Assembly (NCBI GenBank): GCA_964016885.1
Contig: OZ024742.1
Location: 324,818,001-324,882,000, forward strand
Reading direction: 5' to 3'
DNA length: 64,000 nucleotides
Source: Eledone cirrhosa
Lineage: Eukaryota
Shown: piece by piece, positions 41,955 through 56,071 of the stretch
How positions within the stretch are numbered: position 1 is the first letter of the stretch
Layout: every line of letters begins with the position of its first letter
Program-made: the position numbers and the translations under genes
The notes under the pieces: generated by a model
The model's input: only the letters and a program-made list of their open reading frames with translations
Told to the model about the DNA's origin: nothing
Database searches by the model: none

Positions 41955-43034
41955 CGTGTGTACGCGTGTGTGTATGTGTGTGTGTGCCTGTGTTCTGTGC
42001 ATGTGTTTGTGTATGTATGTGTGTACATGTACATATATATATATATGTGTGTGTGTGCGTGTGTGTGTGTTTGTGTTCTGTGCATGTGTGTGTATGTATG
42101 TGTATATATATATACAAACATGTAAACATGTTTGTATATATATATGCGGATAAAAAAACTGTCATTTAGCTCTATGTATATCAACGTTTGTAGATTAACA
42201 GCAATAAGCATAAGATCACCTATTTGACACTAGCTCTCTAATTAGATTTTAGTCCAATTTTTCACACCACAAAAGCTTCAACTTCCTCATGTCATTATGT
42301 AATTGAATTGTTGAGAAAAATTCTAACTTATATGTAGACTTTCTCATGCTCATATTATATTTTATCTTTTCAAATGAGATTGGATGAAGTTGACTTATAA
42401 CATTAGAGAAATGTATTTAAATTAATTATATGCTTGACTCCACAGCACCTTGTGTACTTAGGTTTTGTTTGTTTAAACATAGTGATTTCTATATTATGCT
42501 TGGCTGAAGAGTTATCATCAGGATATTTATTTCCAGTCTCCATAAAATCCATTGTAATTGATTACTTATATAAAGGTATCTTTTTCCTAGATAGAGTCTT
42601 AAGAATGGCAATGATTTTAGAGATAGACATATTCTATTTAAATTTAGAAAATAATAAGTTCACAAATATCTAAAATCAATATCTCATATTTTATGTAGGA
42701 ACATATTACAATTTTGGCAAGAATTTATAATTAAGTGTCATTTATTCACACGTAATGCTGACCTAAAGATTAGTGAGAACTAATTATTTTAAGATATTTT
42801 AGAGTTCTTAACTTCCTCTATTAATATCATTTAAACATATGAGATATTCGGTAATAAAATAAGTAGTATTCATTAGCTGAACTGTATCTACAAAGTCTGA
42901 TTAATTTTATTGTCGATGTAATTATAGAAAGAACATTACAGCTCATCTGATATGCAATGGAACATAAAAACCAAACAATATTATTTCTTAAGTATGAGTT
43001 TAGCTTGATATGTTAATATATTGTTAAACTTACC

Positions 43035-43109
<75 letters not shown>
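43035..43109. repeat. (ATCT)n microsatellite 5' of the LINE
   Basis: Direct reading. Confidence 0.95.
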
Positions 43110-43551
43110 ATAATCTAGCTGTCGTCTGTTCTACAGTGTGGATGTCATTCACTTCGCACAGAAGTTTTGTTCAAATTTATTGAGGAAATTTTGTGAGTTC
43201 AAACTTAATTTTGATACAATTGTGTAGCTTGACCCTCCGTCTGAACTGTCAGGCGGTGGGTCAGCTCATCTTTACCCCTCCTAGAGGTGAAAAACCTGTT
43301 TTAAAAAATGTTGTGTAAACAATTTCAATCGTCTAACAGAAATGTTAAACGCAGCGAACGAAAATAGTGGTGGGGGGACAGCGGTAAGAGTTGTAAGCTC
43401 GCACGCTTTAGTCCCCCCCTTCCTTCCCAACTAACGTCATAGAGAAGGAAGGAAAAATTAAAATAAAAACAGACGAATCTGCGGAGAAAAAAAATGACGA
43501 AAACACAAATCTGGACATGGATTCCAACAGCGAAAAAAAAAATTTGAAAAA

Positions 43552-45174
43552 TTGCATGACAATACTAATAACACAAACAAAGACACAACAAACACAAAAT
43601 TAACATTTGAAAATAACACCATATCAGAACGCAAAGCAGACGACAAGATTTCATTTGCACAGAAAACAAAGAAATCTTTGACTTATATAGCGGAAAACAT
43701 TTCAGATGGGGTACGAAGGATCACGGACGCCAAACAATACATAAGTGAAGGAGAGAATGGTATTTTATCGGTGAAAATGCCTCAAGAATTCACGAAAGAC
43801 ATTGAAAGCCGAACGGTCAAGTTTCGGACCATCAACAACAGTACAAAAAAACCTGAACAGCCTTCTCAAGCAGATATCAAAACAGTACTCACAGAAGTAC
43901 TTAATGAAACCACTTTCATAAGAAAAGACAGATTGTATGGAAGCCTAGCAATTATCATGAAGAACGAATCGGCGGCAAAAAAATGTGCTTTGTCACCGAT
44001 TCGTTCGAAAAATTTCACCTTTTATCCATCTTATATGGGGAAAAGAACTCAACGCATATGGCTGGATGCAATGATGCCAGATGTGGACTACTGCTGGCTC
44101 ATAGCTGGCTTCATCGATCCAGTGAATGACAACGTGATTTTCATTGGGAAAACCACAGGAAATGCGTTCAGTGGAACAGGTATAGAGCTGGTAGTGCAAA
44201 TGAAGCCTGAACGCATCGCCCAAATACCCGACAGAATCCTATTAGAGGACTACGGGTATATAAACATTAGCGTGGAGGGGAGAAGGCCGTCCTGCCATAT
44301 CTGTGCAGGCAGAGGGCACCTGAAGGCCGCTTGTCCCCAACTCAACAAAAAGAAAACCCTGCTACCAACACCAACTCCACCACCACCACCACAACAGATA
44401 AACAAACAACAAAACTCAGTCCCACCCAACCCGTCCCTCAGTAAAACCACAACACCACCACAACACAAACAGTCACAACACAACCACCGCAGACACAACA
44501 CACAAGACAGTCTAACATAGTGACATCCATCTCCCCCACAAAGAAAACCAACACGGAAACATTACCAGCAAACATACCTCTTCCCTCCAACACTGAAGAT
44601 AACCCAACGAATTCGGAGGAAGAAACGGAGTCCTTCAGACAGATTAAAAGGAAAAAAAGAAAACATGTGCAAAACACACAAGGACAAACAACCCCCACCC
44701 AAATCTCAACACAATCCAACAAAACAGAAAACACCCCTCCAGCAACAAACAAAACCAAACCTGCCCCTCCCCTCTTCGAAACACTCACACCATCGGAAAA
44801 AAAGACATTACACTATACTTACATCAACAGAAACAATAATAAATTAAATGAACTCATATACAATAATCCTTCGGTACAAACCGAAGGTGTAAACTTTGTT
44901 TCGTCAGAAAACTACCCACATTTAAAATTAATAAAGATCCCAATGAACCTCTACCAAAAACTAAAAAAGGATTTTAAAGAGGACGTAGGACCACCCTCTG
45001 TCAAACCCATAAACCGCGTCCTACTAAAAAGCTTTCCCCCTCCCCTTCCCCTCCCCAACACAACTCCAAACACCACACACTGACGACCCCACACCACCAC
45101 AAGACACCCCTTCACCCAACACTCCCGACCCCATGGAAGTCGTGCAACCCGAACCCCGGGAAGCGGAAAGGTAG
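43552..45174 (+). CDS. LINE ORF1 (gag-like), split by frameshifts
   Basis: VEGRRPSCHICAGRGHLKAACP is a CCHC zinc knuckle. The Pro/Thr-rich tail continues in 44520-45083 and on to about 45174. The true start is probably just upstream of the A-run at about 43533. Confidence 0.75.
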
Positions 45175-45207
45175 GTCTCTACACTCTCCTTTGGCTCTGC
45201 CGCCCAC

Positions 45208-48200
45208 ATGGATGTGTTAAGAGTAGGATGTTTGAATGCACGTGGCCTGGGCTCAACTTGGAAGCAAGCAAAGCTTCTAAATGACCTCAGGTCATGTAGT
45301 ATAAATGTAATGGTTATCTGTGAGACTCGAATCAGCGTCGTGCGGCAGCTGGCCCCCACCTTCGATGACTTTGAGGTGCATGCATCTTCTGTCAACCTGG
45401 AGGTGGGGGTGGGGTTGTCGTACTGCTGCAAAAACACCTGGGTCTTGCCGTACAGGTTGTGCACTCGGACCCGGAGGGTCGTTTGTTGGTGCTAGACGTT
45501 GGCAGTAGTGAAAGTGCGGCCTTGAGACTGGTCGCCGTCTACTCCCCTTTCGGAGCTGAACGGCCCGACTTCTTCCAGTGTTTGGAGACTTTTCTGGGAA
45601 CGTCGCGTTCCCTGCTTCTAGCGGGGGATTGGAATGACATCCTGGATGCACGTTGGGACTATGCAGGAGCATGTCCTAATAGAGGGTGGTGTAACAGCCT
45701 CAAGGGGTTACTCGACCGTTTTAACTTGGTCGATAGATATCGACTAGATTTTCCAACTGTGCCTACCTGGACTTGGAGAAACCACAGTGGTCAATCTAGA
45801 TCGTACTTAGATAGATTCTTAGTTAGAAGTAAGGATAGGGACATATTAAGCTGTCCAGAAATGCGCACGGTTGGCTACACGGATCACAAATTAGTGACCT
45901 GCGTGGTCAATCTCGAGAAAACACATAGACAGGGTCCCGGTTACTGGAAACTTAACTTGTCTTTACCGGCAAAAGAGACTTACAGAAACCGGATTAGCAG
46001 ATTAGTTAAGGAGAGGTTGACGGGTGCAATCGTCAACAACCGATGGTGGGCATCTCTCAAAAGAGAGATTAGAACAGAATCAATAAGTTATAGCAAGATG
46101 TTAGCTGCCGATAGGAATAGAAACGAGAAAGAATTAACAGGTAAATTAGAAGAGGCAATCAAGAGCGAAGATATGGCCAGAGTGCTGGCATCGAGGACGG
46201 CCTTGAACCAGTTTTTCGATGCAAAGCACGAAGGCTGCGTCATTCGAAGTAAAATACGTGCTCTAGGTAATGAGGGGGCCAAAGCCGTTGGATGGGCCCG
46301 CGTGACAGAAGCTAAGAGTGGAAATCGATCCACCATCCGGTCGTTGCAAGACGAAGATGGACGGGTGATCCGGGAGCCTAAGCAGATGTGCGAGGCCTTT
46401 CAAAGGCACTTTGCCCGATTGTTCGGGGGGAGGCGAGGGTCCAGGCGGGGGCGTGGATTTCGGTCCATACCTCGACGGCCTGCCCCGTCTCTCGAGCGAA
46501 GTGGCAGAGTCCTGCGAGGGACCAATCTCGGCTGATGAGATCGGAGATGCGCTGAGCCAATGCAACAGACGCAAATCTCCAGGTCTCGATGGTATACCTT
46601 ACGAACTTTATTTAGCAATGCCGGTCTTCTGCTCCGAACTCCTCGAAGCGGTCTACTGCAATTGGCAGCAGAACGGGAGAATTCCTTGTTCTGTAGCCAA
46701 GGGCGTAGTCACGCTGGTGAGGAAGGACGAGAACAAGGGGGATAGTATAAATAATTTTCGGCCCATAACCCTGCTAAACACAGAGTTAAAGATTTTGGCC
46801 AAGGTGTTAGCAAAGAGGTTGGCGCTTGTCGTGGGTGGCCTGGTGGGAGATGCGCAGACATGTGCTATCCCATCCAGGTCCATTCACGATAACCTCCACC
46901 TCATGCGATACATCATAGAGAGGGTTGGCAACAAACCCGGCTTCGGTGGGGCCCTGATCAACTTGGATCAGTCTAAGGCCTTCGATAGGGTCGACCATGG
47001 TTACCTGGATGCGGTGCTAGCGGCGGCTGGGTTCGGTCCTGTTTTCAGAGGCGGCATCACTGCCTTACATAGCAACCACATCTGTTCTAGGATCAAGGTG
47101 AACGGCTACCTTTCGAAGCCGTTCGAAATCACACGATCCATTCGACAGGGGTGCCCTCTCTCCTCCCTTCTGTACGTATTGACTCTCGAGCCTTTACTGA
47201 AGAAGTTGGAGTTGTTGCAGGGTATCCCCCTGGAACCAGGATTGAGCAAAGCGGTGTCGGCCTACGCCGATGACGTAACAGTAATGGTATCGACCGACTC
47301 GGAGATCGAGGCGATCGGTACCTTACTGGAGGAGTACGAAAGGTTGTCAGGAGCGAAACTGAACCGGGAAAAATCCATCGGGCTGCAACTCGGAACGTGG
47401 AGAGGCAGACCGATGCCTCCTGACGGTGTCGTCGGACACTGGACGGAGGGCCCGGTAAAGTTGGTTGGAGTCTGGTTTGGACCGGACCTCCAGGTGGAAA
47501 AGAACTGGAACGAGGTTACGAACAAGGTGTTTGCACTAACCCAGAAATGGGCCAAGTGTAAGCTGTCCCTAAAAGGCCGGGCGGAGGTGGCGAACATTTA
47601 CATAGCGTCCGTCACTTACTACCACCTGACTGTCGTGCCTTGCCCTAAGGAAACACTCACCACCATGGAACGCATGCTCTTCCAATTTCTTTGGAAGAAG
47701 CGCCCTCCTATGGTGAGAAGATCCATCTGCTGCCAACAACCTTCGAAAGGAGGGCTGGGGATGCCGTGGTTGATGATGCGTAGGCACGCATTAAGGCTAC
47801 GGCACCTACAGGTATTCCTCACTGGTCAACCGGTGTGGGCTCCGTTCGTGAAACGAGCCTTTCCGAGACTCGTCTCGCTCACCGAGCTACAGTCCTGGGT
47901 CAAGCAAAGATCCGGAAAACTGGGAGACTGGTACACTGAGTGTGCTCAGGCGCTCAGGGCTCTCTGGCAAGCGGGCCAGGCCATCGGTGGAGAATCCACC
48001 TCATCATTCTATAGAGGGCTGGTGGCTAGCAGGGGCGATGACACCCTTGGAGAGTCGCTGGACATGGAGGAAGACGAACTGGCCAGCCTGTTCGGTAGGA
48101 CTTTCGGCCCAGGACCAATGGACAACTTCCAGAAGTTACTGGCCTGGCAGTGCTACCGGGGGGCTCTACCCGTTCGAGAGAGGCTCTACAGACACGGGCG

Positions 48201-48645
48201 CCCGGGCAGGGATCCCTCAAAAAAGATTTGCCCTAGATGCGTGCGTCACGAAGAAACCGTTGCGCACGCATTGGTGCAATGTCCGGGCGTGGATGATCTG
48301 TGGGGCTACGCCGAACGACTGCTGTCGCGGGTGGCGCCGATTAAATTGACCGCCGAGTCCGTGATGACAATCAAACCGCCTCCCCTCTTCACAAAGGAAG
48401 CAAAGGCGGTTTTTCTGTGCGTAATAGCCATGTTGAAAGAGGTTGTTTGGTGGACACGATTGAAAGGTCTGAGGTCAGGCAACTTCCTCTCTGGCCATAG
48501 TCTGGTCTACTTCTTCCGATATCACTACGGAAGAAGGATAAGAATGGAGAGAGAGGTGCTTGGCCACAGGCAGTTTTATGAAAGGTGGGTGATAGTGGCG
48601 AGAATGGCTCGTGTAAATGGGCCTTCTCTGTATACCATCCTGTAG
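45208..48645 (+). CDS. LINE ORF2: APE endonuclease, RT and C-terminal zinc finger, with two frameshifts
   Basis: CLNARGL, ICETR, AGDWN, SYLDRF, TDHK; KSPGLDG, FRPITLLN, LDQSKAFDRV, RQGCPLS, YADD; CPRC..EETVAHALVQC. Confidence 0.93.
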
Positions 48646-48859
48646 GTAAAGAAGTAAAGGAGAGGGGAGTACCTTCTCCATGTGCTCCCCGGGCAAAGGA
48701 TTGCACACTTTTTCGGGGGTGTGTGCAACCCCCATCACGTCCCCTCCCTTTTGATGTTATTTTCGATTATTTTCATGTTACACCCTTTTTACTCGATTAT
48801 ATGTAAACTCCCCCTTTGTATTTGTCACTTCTTTTTATGCCTTTATGGTAAATAAAGAA

Positions 48860-48881
48860 ATCTATCTATCTATCTATCTAC

Positions 48882-48952
<71 letters not shown>
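48860..48952. repeat. (ATCT)n microsatellite 3' of the LINE
   Basis: Direct reading. Confidence 0.95.
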
Positions 48953-49512
48953 ACTACGGGTGGGACCAATCCAGTTGACCACCGAGTCCATTGTCATGAT
49001 CAAACCGCCACCCTCCTTCAAAAACGAAGGAGAGGCGGTTTTCCTTTGTGTGATAGCTATGGCGAAAGAGGTTGTATGGTGGACAAGGTTGAAAGGGCTG
49101 AGGTCAGACACCTTTCTCTCCGGCCAACAACTGATTCTTTTTTTCAAATACCACTTTGGAAGAAGAATCTGGATGGAGAGAGAGGTGCTGTACCCCAGCA
49201 AGTTTTATGAAAGGTGGGTGAAAGTGGCGAGAATGACCCTAGTGAATGGGCCTTCTCTCTATATCAGCCTGTAGGTTGAGGAAAAGGAGGAGGAGAGGAA
49301 AGGAGTACAAGCTCTTCGTACTCCTGGAGATGAGGGTTGCACATTTTTTTGGGGGGGTATGTGTTACCCATATAAACTGTCTCCCTCTATTGGGGAAAAT
49401 CGACTAACTTTTAAATTCCATCTGTGATAACATTTTACACGTTTTTATTGTATGTAAACTTCCCCCTTTGTATTTGTCCCCTTCTTTTGTGCCCCTGTGG
49501 CTAATAAAGAAA
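48953..49512 (+). mobile_element. 5'-truncated copy of a sister L1/Tx1 subfamily
   Basis: ORF 48960-49274 parallels the ORF2 C-terminus (AVFLCVIAM.KEVVWWTRLKGLRS). Ends AATAAAGAAA plus degenerate TCTA units. Confidence 0.9.
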
Positions 49513-49551
49513 TATATCTAACTACCTATCTATTCACCTCTCTCTCTCTTT

Positions 49552-49631
<80 letters not shown>

Positions 49632-49716
49632 AATATTATGTATGAATCAAAATTTTAGCCACCATATAGCCGCAACACACACACACACACGCACACGCAC
49701 GCACACACACACGCAC

Positions 49717-49801
<85 letters not shown>

Positions 49802-49802
49802 C

Positions 49803-50953
49803 ACAATGATATTAAATAAATGGAAACTATATTTATACAACCATATTTATTCTATTATATATATTTCAAGGGTACCAACACTTTGGTACGCACTCATCAG
49901 ATAAAATACAAAGTTTGTTTTATAAATAGTGACATAACGAAGAAAAAATACCTTAACGGTTCCGTTTTTTCCTGGATAGTGAAGGAAAAGAGAAGAAATG
50001 TCAGATATTTCAAATTATTAAGATGAGTATGCAAATGAGGTTGAGGTATAGGGCTGAAAAAACGTTATTTTTAGACGCTATGCAGAATTTAAATAATTAG
50101 GATATATGTATGTATAAGTAGGAAGAAGAAAAAAAGAAAGAAGAGCTTGCATTTACGTTAATTTAAAAGGAATTAACAATTTGCGGGAATGGTGGAATAT
50201 GATTCCAGAATTTAAAATTTATTTAGCTATGTTATGAGTTATCATATTGTATATATAATCAATTAGATTATATGAAGAATTATGGTTGTAAGTAAATTTT
50301 ATCTTATTACATTACAATAGGTTGTAAGTATATAAATAACTATATAGATTAATAATTATGCATGTATAAGTATTATAGAAATAGAAATAAGTTACAATTA
50401 TTAGTTGTTTACATTTCTCATGAGTTACGAAGGAAGTTGATTATGCATTTTACATTAAAAAAAACTCGCAGTTCAAGTTGTAAGAGGAGATCAATTTGTA
50501 GATTCAAATATTTTGTTCCAACATTGAAAATCTTTTCAGAATATTGTTAATTTAGCGAAGTTATATAGTTTATCATACATATTATATTATAATATAATAT
50601 TTATGTTTACTCGATTTAAAAGGAAAAGATAACTCAAATCTTGTTTGCTAACCGCTAAATTTGATGAATGATTTACTCAGACAATATATAGAGAGAATTA
50701 TATACCTATACCTCAACCTTATTTGCATACTCATCTTAATAATTTGAAATATCTGACTTTTCTTCTCTTTTCCTTCACTATCCATGAAAAACTTGAACCG
50801 TTAAGGTATTTTTTCATGGTTATGTGAATATTTCTAAAACAAACTTTGTATTTTATCTGATGAGTGCGTACCAAAGTTTTGGTACCCTTGAAATATATAT
50901 AATAGAATAAATATGGTTTTATAAATATAGTTTCCATTTATTTAATATCATTG
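49803..50953. ncRNA. Inverted 250-bp arms with two family B HHRs: 49848-49908 (-) and 50849-50909 (+)
   Basis: Arms 49803-50052 and 50705-50953. tattttat-CTGATGA(50857-50863)-gtgc gtaccaa..ttggtac cctt-GAAA(50890-50893)-tatatat-A-atagaata. Confidence 0.82.
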
Positions 50954-52204
50954 AATATTATACTCCAGAAAACTTGTCGAGTGTTCTGAATCAGTTATAA
51001 ATATATTCCGTCGTCTCCCGGGTAAGTGTTTTCTACAGTAGCTTGTTTGACTCTATTTGCTGTTATACGATTAGTTTTATTTTGGTTCCTTGTTGAGTAT
51101 TGTACAAAGGATACGGGGCAATATATGAACGGAAATTATTGCGTTATTTTATATAACTTAGTTAAAATTTAGGTCTAATTGAATGTGTTACCATTATATA
51201 TGTATATATGTAGTATGTATGTATGTATGTATGTATGTATGTATGTATGTATGTATGTATGTATGTATGTATGTATGTATGTATGCATGTATGTGTGTAT
51301 GTATGCATATGTTTATGTATGTATGTATGTATGTATGTATGTATGTGTGTATGTATGTATGTATGTATGTATGTATGTATGTATGTAGGTACGTATGTAT
51401 GTATGTGTGTATTTATGTATGTATAGCAGATCTCTACCGCGTAGCTTCTGTACTTTAGACAAAAATAACTCGATATTTTGAAGTAAGATAAATCGAGTAA
51501 CTATTTTATACACATTCAATAGTATATTTATCGATTCTGAATGAAAACAAAATTCAAGCTAACAAAAAAGGTAAAAAAAATAAAATAAAATAAAGTAGGT
51601 AACTGAATCTCGATTCCACCATCCATTCGATTGCAATAATAATATTGCTAGTTGTACTAAATCCATGCGGTACAATACCACACAATTTTTGTGGAGACAT
51701 ATGATAGCTGAAATCCATTCCAGTGAGCACACAATAGGACATTTTACTTTTTAATAAAATTTCAAAAGCAATCTCAAGCAGAAAAGCAGGTGGGATTTAT
51801 ATTCAGATTGTAAAGGGACAAAGCATATTATATATTGGCAATAATATATACTTACATTATTACCATTATATATTTGACATACTGAAAAGAAAACAAAACC
51901 GAAATTGGTTGAGGGAAGAGGGTGGGGATTTGAAAAATGGCTGAAACGTAAATAGGTAGCAACTAAAAAATACTGAAATATATTGGTGAATGTAAAGACA
52001 TAAATCTATGCATAGAAAGTCGGGGGAAAAAAAACAATCCATCAATACAAAGAGTAAGCGCAATTGAAAATAGAAAAGTAAATTTCTGCATTTCTAAATA
52101 AATCTTTTATATGTTGGTGTCTTATAGTTTTGTTATTTTCATGATCGTATCTGTATTATACTTAATACGTTTATAATATTTTTTCTGAATCCATCTACGT
52201 TCAA

Positions 52205-52243
<39 letters not shown>

Positions 52244-52244
<1 letters not shown>

Positions 52245-52610
52245 ATAAATTATACAATTATCAAAGTTGTGTTCAAATCATTTAATAGCTGACAGTCGTT
52301 TCTTCCAAACTCTCATTTGGAGTCATCGGAGCATTATCAATGTTTGTACATCTAATTAACCTCCTATTCAACTGAACAATAATATAGATGTGACATATAT
52401 TTTATAAAATATATGTCACATACATTCCACCCTGTAAATACAAAACTGTTGCTCACAACATCAATATATATGTATCTATATTATTGTTCAGTTGTTAATT
52501 ACATGTACAAACATTGACAATGCTCCGATGACCCCAAATGAGAGTTTGGAAGAAAGAATTGTCAGCTATTAAATGATTTGAACACAACTTTGATAATTGT
52601 ATACTTTATT
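52244..52610. ncRNA. Fold-back with two variant HHR motifs (CCGATGA core): 52285-52334 (-) and 52520-52569 (+)
   Basis: Arms about 52244-52389 and 52474-52610. gct-CCGATGA-ctccaaat gaga gtttggaa-GAAA-cgact-GTC-agc. Confidence 0.65.
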
Positions 52611-52742
52611 TATTTTCCTGCTCTGTAAAACAACTGATGTTCATACATTGAGCTATTTCTCTTACTGGTAATAAGGTAGTAGGAAATTACTGACCTCCCT
52701 GTTTATGGTTGTTTATACTATATACATAACTATAAATAGTAT

Positions 52743-52836
<94 letters not shown>

Positions 52837-52915
52837 GTGTCTGATGGTAGCTAAGATGCTTCCATAGACGGTATGCCGGTTGAGCACTCTATGCTCTTAC
52901 AGAGCAGAGTATGAT

Positions 52916-53188
52916 AGAATAGAAAACGAAAAATCAGTGATGCATCTGAACTCAATTTATTGTGTGTTACAATAGTTTCGCCGGCGGACAGCTCAAGACG
53001 CGATCATTGTGTGGATCTGTCTGTGAGAGAATATGCTCCGAAATTATTAGACGTATCCGTCGAACCTGCGTGCCCAGAATCAGACAGATCCACACAATGA
53101 TCGCGTCTCGAGCTGTCCGTTGGTGAAACAATTCTAACACACAATAAATTGAGATCAGATGTATTACTGACTTTTCGTTTTCTATTCT
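52916..53188. repeat. Fold-back, 108-bp arms, with a possible decayed HHR
   Basis: 52916-53023 versus 53081-53188, about 10 mismatches. The minus strand has CTAATAA...GAAACTATTGTA. Confidence 0.85.
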
Positions 53189-53205
53189 CTCTCTCTATAT
53201 ACACA

Positions 53206-53358
<153 letters not shown>

Positions 53359-53772
53359 GTATATACGTGTATGTGTTTGTATGTATGTGTGTGTGTATAT
53401 ATGTATATTGAATGTACAGGAAAATGTACGCCTGCGAACTGGTGACATTGTACACTTTTTTCTGTCTATACGGACTTATATGCCTAACTTTTTAAACTAT
53501 TTTTTACATTCAAAATTCATAATTCGCTCAACGCTTCTAAAAGTACGATTATTTATATATATATATATGCATGTGTGTAGGTGTGTATGTGTTTATGCAG
53601 TTGACAAAACGGCTATACAATATGAGCAATGACTATAGTAGGACAATTTAATGACGACAAGGGAAAGGCTTAATCTACACAAAAATATAAGACGTGAGAG
53701 AAAAACAAATATTTCTAAGACTTTCAAAGAAAGAAGAAGAAGAAGAAGAAATCATAATTTATTTTTGCAAAT

Positions 53773-53855
53773 ATAATTGTTTCTACTTTTGGCACAAGGC
53801 CAGCAATTATCCCAATGTATTACTGGTACTTTATTTTATAGACCCCGTAAGGATG
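53773..53855 (-). mobile_element. SINE 3' fragment (main family)
   Basis: aattgtttctacttttggcacaaggccagcaatt...gaccccgtaaggatg. Confidence 0.75.
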
Positions 53856-54382
53856 TAGTTAAGACGCTTCTATGTCATCTATATATTGTTCAGTTTACAC
53901 GCCATAGCACATAATTTCAAACGTAGTGAGATGTTACGAATTAAACATTAACTAGAATTCACATGCAAAATATCATATAAACATTCTTTTTCATACAATT
54001 ACAAGTGTAAAGGTATTATCCTTTGTTTACTCACAATAGCTCATGTAAGAGTTCCTATTTATCTCGGACCTCCGGTAATTCTGAGGAGGAGAGTTCCTTT
54101 TATTTTATGAATCTACTCAAGAAATGAACATTGAAGTGGAACGTATACCTTTAACATAATACAAACACGTATACCTTTAACATAATTCTGAAAGATTTAC
54201 CAACACTGAGTTTTCCATATAATGTTTATAAACTCACAGACACACCATGCCAACAGAATTCGAACATAATTGTATGATCACGAGCTAAATCCACTCACTA
54301 CTAAGCTATATGTTATCACAATCTTTTACACGATTCCAAAAGCCATTCCCACAGAATGACTGCATATTTCCCTTCTTACATG

Positions 54383-54442
<60 letters not shown>

Positions 54443-54659
54443 CGTACGTGGAAACACTTCTATAAAATTAACCTCACTCATTCCTTATAAAAATATTTAT
54501 TGTATAGCTAAACATTAAATATCCTCTCAAAAGCCATTCACATTCTCTCGATCATATCTATCAATCTATCTCCATATACGCATAGGACCAATAGAATCAC
54601 AAAAATTATGTATACATATATTATATATATATGAATGTATATGTTAATATATATATGTA

Positions 54660-54735
<76 letters not shown>

Positions 54736-55111
54736 CGTGAGTAGGGGTGTGTGTAGGTGTGTGTTAGTGTGTTTCCTCACATATAGTTGCACGCATTAAT
54801 ACACAAACGTAATCAACAAGCATCACAGCGTAACAAACTGCCATAATTCTTACTAATCATTAAGTGTTGATATGTTTTTCCTTCAAGCTACAGTCTATGT
54901 TTTTTCTAGCTATATGTTTATACTTATAGTCAAAGTGGAAAGTTTTATGTTTGTGAGGCAGAACTCTCTCTCACACACACACACACATACACACACACAA
55001 ATATATATACAAATATATATATAATCATCATGCATATTGATACGTATATATTCCTTTTAAAAAATTACATACCCTTATACAAATATGCATGTATTTACTT
55101 TGCTTTTTCCT

Positions 55112-55174
<63 letters not shown>

Positions 55175-55634
55175 TATTTACAGACACACACATATATATA
55201 GATAAACATATATTTACATATATATTCATATATATATATAAATATATGCATATATGTTTGATATATATATACAAATATGCAGACATACTGTTGCGCATAC
55301 TCATATCGGAATATATGTATGTTCTTCTGGTTTTATGATTTTATAATCAGCTCATTATCTTAAGGTGGTGAGGTTGTGATTTCCAACAGGTCGTTGTGTC
55401 CTTGATGAAGATATTCTATTTCACGTTGCTTCAATCCAGGCAACTGGCAAACATTGACTGTAGAATGCTCAGCACGTTAATTTCACAAATAGTTTTATCG
55501 CTCTACATGGCTGATTACAATGAAATGTAAATCTGAGTTTTTCGAATATTAATAATAATATTCGATTCATTTGCAATTATGTAAACAGCCTCTTAAGCCA
55601 TGTTAGTAGAATGAGCCCGTCATTCTTGCTCTTC

Positions 55635-55846
55635 TGTTGGCATACACACCGAATGGCAGACACTAATGTTTCTGGGTGATTACCCTTCATCAGTACGGTA
55701 TACTGTTTACCAGCCAACTGTCAGAGCTCTCGAAAATATATATTTTCTGGAATATACAGTGACTGATCGGCCTGATTTGCATATTAGTAGACTGCCTGAT
55801 CAGTCACATCTGCATTAGTGTCTGCCGTTCTGTTTGTATGCCAACA
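55635..55846 (-). ncRNA. HHR (about 55646-55701) inside a 34-bp-arm fold-back
   Basis: Minus strand reads ataccgta-CTGATGA-agggt aatc accca-GAAA-cat ta gt-GTC-tgccattcggtgt. Arms 55635-55668 and 55813-55846, plus an inner hairpin at about 55759-55807. Confidence 0.7.
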
Positions 55847-56071
55847 TAAGACATGGCGCGTTGATTTGTTATGTCTTCGTTACGTTTATTGAGTAGTGAC
55901 GCGGCGTGTTTCGTTGTTGATCAGCTCATGATTCGATCTGTATCGGCCTGGCCCGACTCTGGAATCAAAAGCTCGTCGAACCTCTGCTGTGGTAATGCCG
56001 GAATAAGTCTACCACACAATAAATGTAATGAAGCCATAACAAATCGTCCGTTTATTATTATATTTACACTC

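Larger units (their letters stand above)
43110..48860 (+). mobile_element. Near full-length L1/Tx1-type non-LTR retrotransposon
   Basis: 5' UTR, ORF1, ORF2 and a 3' UTR ending AATAAAGAAA (48851-48860). (ATCT)n lies on both sides. Confidence 0.93.

Noticed and set aside
43113-43124. ATCTAGCTGTCG shared between the LINE 5' junction and family C
   Set aside because: Only a 12-nt match with no extension.
52916-53188. Apparent G/A bias between arms as an RNA-editing footprint
   Set aside because: Only about 10 differences, in both directions, with several at CpG.
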